The notes under the pieces are model-generated. The model was given only the letters and a program-made list of their open reading frames with translations, was not told the DNA's origin and made no database searches. From NCBI RefSeq assembly GCF_006345805.1, contig NC_042999.1:171492001-171556000 (forward strand): a DNA stretch of 64,000 bases, written 5' to 3'. Positions 55,377 to 64,000 of this stretch are shown here, piece after piece. The translations under genes and the position numbers were made by a program. Every line of letters starts with the position of its first letter. Within the stretch, counting starts at the first letter, position 1. The DNA is from Octopus sinensis (lineage: Eukaryota).

Positions 55377-55980
55377 AGCCTAAGATAATTAACACCTTGA
55401 TGTCCTAAGAAAGGAAAAAAATTTTGGAAAGAATTTGGAAAAAAGATTTTGAATTAAATTTGTAAAGGGAAATTACTCCCCTTTTAGCGTATGATCTGCT
55501 ACTTATTTAGAAACAATATCAGGGATTATACTCCCCTTGTTTAACAAGTCATCGGTGTATAAACTGACCACAGACGAACACACAGACACAGGCTTTTATC
55601 AGCCGCTTGACCTACAATATCTGCAATATATTTTCCCACTAACTGCTTCCTAACATACTGCCACACATACACAGGCGCACACACATATACATGTAAGTAG
55701 TTTCTCACACCCAAATAAGATAGCTTTCATTCTTAAAACAATTCGAACATTAACATTAGTTATACAGAATATATTCACTTTGGTTTTCTTGAATTCTTCC
55801 CCTACCAAATTTAACCGCAGTTTGACCTCGATTTGTTCCAACGGACTTTTTCGTCGGCCTTCACACACCCTGACGTCAACGCACATTGAGAGACAGTTTT
55901 GTGCCTTACCATGGGCTCTTAGGGAGCGTTTTGTTCGAATAGCTTGCTGCGCATATGTTTTGGAGATTTATATTCCTGGT

Positions 55981-56064
55981 TTTTCCTGAAGAGAATGCTG
56001 CAAAATGGTCTCCTTATTCAATCCGAATTTGGAAATTTGCAGCCTTTGAAACATGTGTAGAAAA
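55981..56064 (+). ncRNA. Type I hammerhead ribozyme (right arm)
   Basis: TTTTC-CTGAAGA-GAATGCTGCAAA..TTTGCAGCCTTT-GAAA-CATGTG-TA^GAAAA; predicted cleavage after 56059. Confidence 0.85.
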
Positions 56065-56117
56065 TAATAAAAAGGAAGTTTGTAGAATCTTCGTTCAGCT
56101 CCATTTCTTCCCTTCAC

Positions 56118-56170
<53 letters not shown>

Positions 56171-58455
56171 TCTAATATCTATACAGTCTTGGTTTTTTAG
56201 CTTATTAAGCAAAAATTCTTATATATATATATATATATATATAGCAAGGGCTTCTATATGAATTTTATTGCAAATGAACATGGAATGGTTTTTTCAAACA
56301 GCTAAACGTAAACGAAACTTGAATAATGCAGAACTGGAATACCATTCTGCATATAGTGCTCTCATGGGTCCTTATAAAGATTACCTATGCAAATGAACTA
56401 GACAAGTGAACAGTCTCCTCAAGTGACGGTAATTTCTCGTCATGGTGCATCACATTTATGGAAACAAAACGAATAATTATGTATTTTGGAAAATTACGAC
56501 ACCATATTTATATTGGAATTCCAGATCAAACTTGGTTATTTTGACGTTAGTAAATTGATAAATAAATGTTCAGTGAAGTGGAAATGGGCTATAGCACTGC
56601 AAGGAAATGGTTTTTATATGTCTTACGTGGCAAAACTAATACTACTGAATAGTGGCAAACACTGCACAGAAAATAATATTCTTCACCCATATAGGTACGC
56701 ATCACCAATTCATTCGGCCGTTACTTCTGCATCTCATTACAAATTTTACAGATGAACATTATCTGACCATTATCTAACCATTATTTCATTCTATATACAG
56801 ATAGTCATCCGATCACGTCCAACGCATCTTTTATATTATATTTCCTTCAACGTTCTAAATACAAATGTTGATACTTAGGAATTCAAAGAAAATTATTCTT
56901 TATTCTTCCGCACTTTTTTTCGAAATGGCCTGAAACGAGGTGCGGTCTACTATGCCACGGGGAGATATTTTTCCCTTAGCCACCATGGTCTCCAAAGCGT
57001 AACAGTTAGTGGGTAATGTACCTCCTTCTGAAAGCAACTAATACTTGAAGTCACTGACCTATAAATGACCTTATTAATAGAACGTCTGCGCAGTATTTCC
57101 TGGAATTAACGTGAAATGTCTATATAAAAACATTCACGCTACAAATGTGCAAGTTGGTATGGATAACAAAACTAGCATTTCAACGTAATGATTTTGTTTT
57201 GTTCAAAACAAATCTTTGGAAGCTCAAATATTTGAAAGTTTTATTTTCTATTTTCTTTTTATTCTCTGGATATTTAAATACTTGTTATGGAGATACACCA
57301 GCTGTTTGTGAAAGATCATTTTAATTGCTGTTTCTGTTGTTATCAACTTTCTTTGGACATATTATTCAGACAAAAATCCACTGAATTATTATGTCTGTCA
57401 TGTGCAATGTTAATAATTATATCCCAGTGGAGCTGTAAAAATAGATCTTTTCGAATTGTATAGTCGGACAAATGACAAGTATATATATTTTTTAACGCAA
57501 CATATACTTTTTTATTAGAATTAAACTATTTTTCTGTAAACATTATACATCTGTGTTAATACTACCTATATAACAGCAATGGTTTAATCTACAAGTAGAT
57601 CGATCTATTGTCAGATTCACATTCAATTTGCAGTAAAAGGGCTATATTTAGGATGTATATCTTTCGGATATAAAGTAATTTATAGGGCTATGTGAAAAAA
57701 ATAAACATTAATATATGGTTAATATTATGAATATCTTTCTTTTATTTGATTCTGCGCTGAATTGATTGTTTTGGTAGGAACCACAATATCATAATATTTT
57801 AATCTAAAAGAAAATGAGTATTTGAGAATGCATCGTACGGTGCATGAATGCTTAATTTATGTACATTTTGAAATAATATTTAAAATGACATTCATTTCCT
57901 GATTTGTACATTTTAGAAAATTATTCATGCTTTATATATATTCTAAAATCATAAAAACAGAAAGTCTTATATTCCAATAAAATCACAAGAAATGCTTGAG
58001 TGAAGGATTTTATCGTGGTCTGCATTTGTTTTTGTTGTTTTTGTTCAATGCAGTTAAAAGCGATAGGAAAACACATTTTTTAAATCCCCGTCAAAACTTA
58101 GAAAGTCCAACATGTATGAGTGAGCTTCTACAAACTAGGCTTCCACCTTCTAATTTTGCACAAACTAAATAAAATCAATTTAAACACCTTTGTTTATTTC
58201 GGAATGATTAGGAACCCAACAAATATAAATCCAAACTGATACAGAATCACCACAATAGTAGCAACAGCAACAGTAGAAAAGCAAAGAAAAGCCACAATAC
58301 CGATGCAACACGTCAAAATAATCTCGACAGGTTGCATAGTGAAAATGATATGCTCACTAACGCATGATACATTCTTTCTCAAACTGAAAACATCCGTGTC
58401 TCATGTGTAAATCTCAATGACCACGAGAGTAAGCAGCTTAGCAACAGCTTGGCTT

Positions 58456-58469
58456 GTTACTATGGAAAC
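58456..58469. promoter_or_regulatory. RFX X-box motif
   Basis: GTTACTATGGAAAC fits GTHNYYATRRNAAC; a second half-site TAGCAAC lies at 58439-58445; the context appears non-repetitive. Confidence 0.45.
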
Positions 58470-58823
58470 AGACGCCTATATGTCTGTAGCTTCCGACCCA
58501 AAAATTGCAACCTTTAAAAGCTATTCTTTCTTTATTTATTTATGTCGAAAATGAATTTCATGACACTGATTATTTTACAAAAGTACACCAATATGCCAAA
58601 TATGAAATCAAGTGGGAAAAAAAATGAAGAAATTGAAAAGTGGCAGCCAAACAGAAAAGCTCCTCATGGCCAAGAAAGTTGTGCGTCTTTTCAAAAACAA
58701 CCAAAAGAGACAAATTCCAAACAAACAGAAGCAAAGCAATTCCTCATATCGTGTAATAATTAACCATCATGCCACAACAGACTCATTACCATCATCAACA
58801 TCGTCACTACTGCTACCATTTCG

Positions 58824-58941
58824 TCTTCTTCTTCTTCTTCTTCTTCTTCTTCTTCTTCTTCTTCTTCTTCTTCTTCTTCTTCTTCTTCTTCTTCTTCTTC
58901 TTCTTCTTCTTCTACTACTACTACTACTACTACTACTACTA
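58824..58941. repeat. (CTT)n(CTA)n microsatellite
   Basis: Direct; it explains the poly-Leu/poly-Arg ORFs. Confidence 0.98.
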
Positions 58942-59103
58942 GTGACCAACCTCAAATACTCTTTTCCACCTATGACAGTGACCACATTCAGTCACTCTTT
59001 CTTCCTCCCCGTCCCACCATTACTGCCTCAACATCAACACTACCAAGCTCAGCTAGCACCATTACAACTGCTGCAAGTCTCCAGACTTTACCATTCCGTC
59101 TTA

Positions 59104-59140
<37 letters not shown>

Positions 59141-59199
59141 TACAGCTTTCACTACCAGAATGTCATCAGAGTAATAACAAATCTAAACCTAAAACTATT

Positions 59200-60000
59200 C
59201 ACAATCTACACATGCGTCTGAAAGAAAATCATAAACTACGACCCCAATCTTTACAAGCGAAGCTATATACTTAGTGTCTATGTTGAACAAAAGTGTTGAT
59301 TTAGCAATAACTGGGTTCTACAGATCATCCTATCGCCACTATTGTATTTGAAAGAATTTCTTAATAATAAGTCTTCATTCAACAGTGCCAATCTGATAAT
59401 GTTTTAATGATGGGTGACTTAAATTTACCCTGTGTTGACGACTCTACCCATACCTTGAAGGCAAGTGTGTGCATATCAACCCCTGGGAAAACAGTTGTGA
59501 AATCACTTTTCGAATTGATGGACGAATTTTCCCCCTCCCAACTCATGCTTGTTCCAATGAGGTTCAATAAAAACTCATAGTAACCACACTAAGACTATCC
59601 ATAATATTTCAGCAGCAAAAAGCACTACTTTTCAATCACAACTTAAATTCTCTGTAGCCTGAGATTCTGGCAGCCAAAATTGATATTGAACGTTCTAATT
59701 CCAAAACACCCTATTGACCTCTTAGACACACAAAATGCTACCTGGGATGCAATCACTCACGATCTTTCACTCATTGATTGGTCTTTCACTCACTCTATCA
59801 CTCTAAACAGCATCAATAAATCATGGCATTTATTTAAGGACATTGTCGCAAATATACATTCACAACTCACCCCACTACTATTCATAAGCAAAACAATACA
59901 TAAGCTCCCACGTAACAGAAGAACATTCATAAGAAAAACAAAAGAGGTTAATCGAAAAATCAATATTGCTAAGTGCAATATACCAAGTAGAGAGATATAG
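59200..60000 (+). mobile_element. Degenerate APE-endonuclease LINE fragment (CR1-like)
   Basis: FYRSS; NVLMMGDLNLPCVD (GDFN-like); QLMLVPMR (QxVxxPTR-like); LSLIDW..INKSWHLFKDIV. Confidence 0.6.
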
Positions 60001-60149
60001 CTTTTCTATATATTGACAGCAGGATATTAAATGAGTTACGAGTAAGGAAAATAACTTCGCTCTTGCATGGATAAATTACTGTAAGGACAACGACAGTGTA
60101 CCACACAGCTGACGCTTAGTACATCTGATGATGCTCAGAGACAATGAGA

Positions 60150-60345
60150 AGATAAACAACTTTCTGGAGAAGAGAATGGGAGAATGGGAAGCTGACATGT
60201 ATAAAGATATCGCTAGGTAACATGAAAATATGCAGAGACATTTTTGAAGGCGACTCCCTTATTCCGTTACTCTTCGTCATTGCACTAATATACTGAGAAA
60301 ATCTAGGCCGGCCTATGAGTTTACCTAATCCAAGATAAGAATGAA
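60150..60345 (+). mobile_element. Short R4/Dong-type RT fragment, ending at the hammerhead element
   Basis: VNMKICRDIFEGDSL..LLFVIAL parallels 870-950. Confidence 0.6.
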
Positions 60346-60349
60346 TTAT

Positions 60350-60407
60350 TACCGTATTGGTCCAATTTCGGGGTTAATTCATAAGAATTTTCCCCTCTTC
60401 AGCGATA
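60350..60407 (-). ncRNA. Type I hammerhead ribozyme (inverted copy)
   Basis: Exact reverse complement of 60891-60948. Confidence 0.88.
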
Positions 60408-60890
60408 AATACGTGGGATATAAGTGAAATACTTACTCATACCCATACTTATGAATTAACCCCGAAATTGGACCGATACGGTAATAACGGATTTTTTAGA
60501 AATTTCTATCGGGTTGTGTCGAGACGCATAAATTATAATGGTTATTGACAATTTTTGTCTTTTCAGCATATTTGGCATTAGAATTTTTCTTTTGCCTTTA
60601 TCTTGTAAATTATTTATAAATTTAACCTTTAAAGGTATTTTTTGATATGCTGGCCATTGATAAAATTTTTTTCCCGAAAAAAATTTTATCCTTCATTAGT
60701 TATAAATTGAATAGTGTTCACTTCCGGATTCTTTCACTCTGTGAAAGTTTCTAGTTCGAATCACACGTGCCTCGAGATGTGCCGAAGATTTTCTATTTTG
60801 GATATATTTGGGGTGCTTAGGTCTGCTCTGGACTTAGTGCTTGCTTTTTCCATGGGTATGAGTAAGTATTTCACTTATATCCCACGTATT

Positions 60891-60948
60891 TATCGCTGAA
60901 GAGGGGAAAATTCTTATGAATTAACCCCGAAATTGGACCAATACGGTA
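60891..60948 (+). ncRNA. Type I hammerhead ribozyme, canonical core
   Basis: TATCG-CTGAAGA-GGGGaaAATTCttatGAATTaaCCCC-GAAA-TTGGaCCAA-TA^CGGTA. Confidence 0.9.
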
Positions 60949-61084
60949 ATAACGGATTTTTTAGAAATTTCTATCGGTTTGTTTCGAGACGCATAAATTA
61001 TAATGGTTATTGACAATTTTTGACTTTTTTTCGGCATATTTATTTGGCATTAGAATTTTTATTTTGCCCTTATCTTGTAAATTA

Positions 61085-61120
<36 letters not shown>

Positions 61121-61389
61121 TGTATGTATGTATGTATGTATGTATGTATGTATGTATGTATGAATGTTTGTATGTATGTATGTATGTATGTATGTATGTA
61201 TGTATGTATGTATATATAAGAATTTTTGCGTATAGGACAATTGAAAAATAATTCTTAAAGACAGGATTATCTAAAATTTCCCGTGCGTATATTAAATTTC
61301 TCTCAAAATAAGTTAAGAAACTTACATATCTACAGTTTTCGAAAACACAGACGATCAGCTGTAAAACTTTAATATCTACAACATCAGTA

Positions 61390-61522
<133 letters not shown>

Positions 61523-61644
61523 CTCTATATATAAACTATTTATATATATATATATATATTATATATACATATTATGTTTTGTGAAATTTGATTTAGTATT
61601 TCTAAATTGAATTTTTCCCTGTAAGTTCGGAATAATATTCCCTC

Positions 61645-61645
61645 A

Positions 61646-61692
<47 letters not shown>

Positions 61693-61787
61693 TATTATTA
61701 TTATTATTATTATTAATATTATTATTATTATTATTATTATTATATTATTATATTATTATTATTAATATTATTATTATCATCATCATC

Positions 61788-61827
<40 letters not shown>

Positions 61828-61847
61828 TATATATATATATATTATAT

Positions 61848-61882
<35 letters not shown>
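61645..61882. repeat. (ATT)n/(CAT)n/(TA)n compound microsatellite
   Basis: Direct. Confidence 0.95.
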
Positions 61883-62381
61883 GATAATTTTTTCTATCAG
61901 TAATTAGAAATAGAACAAGGTGAACTGGTTCTTTTCAATGCCAAGATCAGCGACGTCATTGATTGCTAGTTGTAGGAAACACATTTGACTTCCGCTGACC
62001 CCAAGGGTGTGACGCCCCCTTTTGTCTCCTTACCGCACAGGAATGCCCATTGATGATCTCCTCACCATTTTCCGAAACTATTTACTAAACTGTGGTCTAT
62101 TCACCAAACTGATTCCTTCCTCTTGCTAGTCCCTTCAGCCCTCACATATTTATTGAAATTAAACAGTATTGGTTATACTCTCACCATGACTACAAATGTT
62201 AGCCACAACCATAGAGATCACGGCACTATTGGTGGTAAATAACGATGAGCAATACTGTCATTTCAAGGTTAAAGTGAATGTAACGATATTAATAGCAGAG
62301 TCGACAATAATGTCAGAGAAACAACCGTGTCTACATCTGTCACAATACAATCATTACTAAACATTTTAGTGTATCACAAAT

Positions 62382-64000
62382 ATGTCTAACAAAACACAAA
62401 GGAAAACTACAACAGTACACCAAATCGCTTGTCCTATGGTTAATATGGGAGCGCGACTCCCAGGAGAGAGCCAGCCTGAGGACGAAAAGTCATCCACTGG
62501 TAAAAACTCTTCTCTGAATACGAACCTCGATGGTCACTTGAACGGGAGGTACCCCTACTCGAGCCCTCGAAGTCCACCACCACACCCACCACAGAAAGAA
62601 AAATGTAAGAGTATCAAGTGGGGCCAAGAAAAGTACACAGAAGTAATATACGCATATTACTATGTATTATGCAGGCGATCTGAAGAGGAACACACTGCAC
62701 ATTCTTATAAGATATGGAGAACACGAAATCAAGACAGCAGACTATATTTGGACGCGGTTAGCAAATGTTAGGAAGGATATCCTCAGAAATAAAAGACTCA
62801 CAGGTAGTGAAGTAACTGCGATCAGGCACGCAGCGGAAAATGAGCTAAATAGAAGGCAACAAGGAAATGAAGAAGCAGATGAAGCGAGCAACCCTCCACG
62901 AGTATCAACTGAAAGAATAAACAAAACATGCAAGCGTTTAGGGAAATAAATAGTAATGAACCTGATACAAATAGTGAGGAAAGTGGTAAAGAAACAATAT
63001 TTGAAGACTAAAAATTTTCTGAAGAACACACAGTCTACGATAGAACTGAAGCAGAAAATCCTGAATAAGTTTGCAGTTGTACGACACACAAATATGCATA
63101 AAAGAGAACCACTTCACAAAGCTTTCAAATACAATCCAAACTAGAAAAGAAATTGAAATTGGAAACTATGTCACAAAGGAAATTACATAAGAACTAAAAC
63201 CAGATCTCACTGAATTAAATGAAGTTATTTTCGCAGCTTCTAATACAACTGAAACCAGCTGTATGCCTCTGAAAAAAAAATAGTGAAATACAAACCCGAG
63301 AAGAATTCCGATCTGGAAAAGTAAAATTGAAAAAGAGACTGAAATAATGAGAGGTGAAATGTCAATATTGAATGATTTAATCTGTGGAAACCATCTGAAA
63401 ACCAGAAAAGGACGAAAGATGACGAGAAAACATAAATTCTAACCAGGAGAAGAACTGCTTTCAACAAAAAACAAAAACAAAACACACACACAAAAAAAAA
63501 TCACTCCAACAAAATGTCCAAGCAAAATCTCAAAGAATACAAAGATTTGAGAAGAGAAACAAATTTTACAAACAAAATAAACTGTTCACATCCAATGCGA
63601 AATAGGAAATAGGAAAGGAGAACAAAAACTGTTGAAGACTGCGCTTCCTTGGAAGAAGATGAAAACTAGAAAAATATCTGGAGTAATGAAGATTTACAAT
63701 GAAAATGCAGACTGGATTAGACAGACAGAAGGATCCTACCAAAACTTACCAGAACAAGAATGGGAAGACATCATAATAGCAGACCTAAGGATGACACTCA
63801 CGAAGGCTCATAAGTGGAAACCCGGTAATGATAGGGTGCCAAATGTCTAGCTCGCCTCGCTCCCGTACGCAAACGAAAAGTTGGTCCAGTTATTCAATGA
63901 AATTATGAGCGATCCTGCGAAAGCACCCGACTGGTTAGCAAGCGGTATTACCTACCTTCTCCCAAAAAATAATGAAGCCAAATTTCCCCAGAACTATTGA
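62382..64000 (+). mobile_element. 5' part of a degenerate R4/Dong-type LINE, running off the window
   Basis: N-terminal IKWGQEKYTEVIYAYY..YKIWR..LANVRKDILRNKRLT; RT start HKWKPGNDRVPN..PDWLASGITYLLPK..PQNY; frameshifts. Confidence 0.85.

Larger units (their letters stand above)
52926..56127. mobile_element. Young fold-back Penelope-like element: ~1.39-kb inverted arms, 267-bp spacer, in (TA)n
   Basis: 53077-54470 and 54738-56127 are near-identical reverse complements. The spacer encodes the PLE thumb motif VNSHKVRIAFSNTKNLSQIISSHNNKLL. The left arm has ~150 bp of extra tail. Confidence 0.95.
60346..61084. mobile_element. Non-coding 465-bp hammerhead unit: 1.4 tandem copies preceded by a 101-bp inverted copy
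   Basis: 60448 onward repeats at 60913; 60346-60446 is the exact reverse complement of 60852-60952; ends in (TA)n(TATG)n. Confidence 0.9.

Noticed and set aside
52926-56127. DNA transposon with long TIRs, or endogenous viroid/virus-like element
   Set aside because: The arms are PLE coding plus pseudo-LTR sequence, the spacer is PLE thumb, and there is no transposase, capsid or RdRp.
58612-59274. 220-aa ORF, the longest in the track
   Set aside because: It is held open by a (CTT)n(CTA)n repeat and has no domain motifs.

Overview
AT-rich, microsatellite-dense eukaryotic DNA with no recognisable intact host protein-coding gene. The SINE families and the (TA)n/(CA)n/(CTAT)n/(AAT)n density look like an octopus-type cephalopod genome; this is recognition from memory, not verified. 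Most ORF-track entries are microsatellite artefacts or transposon fragments. The window holds degenerate R4/Dong-type RLE LINEs, RTE, CR1/L2-like and Tx1-like LINE ends, an internally deleted Gypsy (Mag-like) LTR element, Helitrons, at least four tRNA-SINE families and many Penelope-like (GIY-YIG) elements. The most striking pattern is a recurring architecture shared by several sequence-unrelated elements: a fold-back (inverted, head-to-head) duplication, usually embedded in (TA)n, with type I hammerhead ribozymes on both strands. Examples range from a 3.2-kb GIY-YIG-coding palindrome (52.9-56.1 kb), through 368- and 465-bp tandem retrozyme-like units (18 kb, 60.3-61.1 kb), to a 165-bp non-coding double-hammerhead hairpin (29.0-29.2 kb). 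Hammerheads in Penelope pseudo-LTRs and retrozymes are known. The junction signatures, core variants and miniaturised bidirectional forms seen here are what merit follow-up. Boundaries of degenerate elements are approximate.
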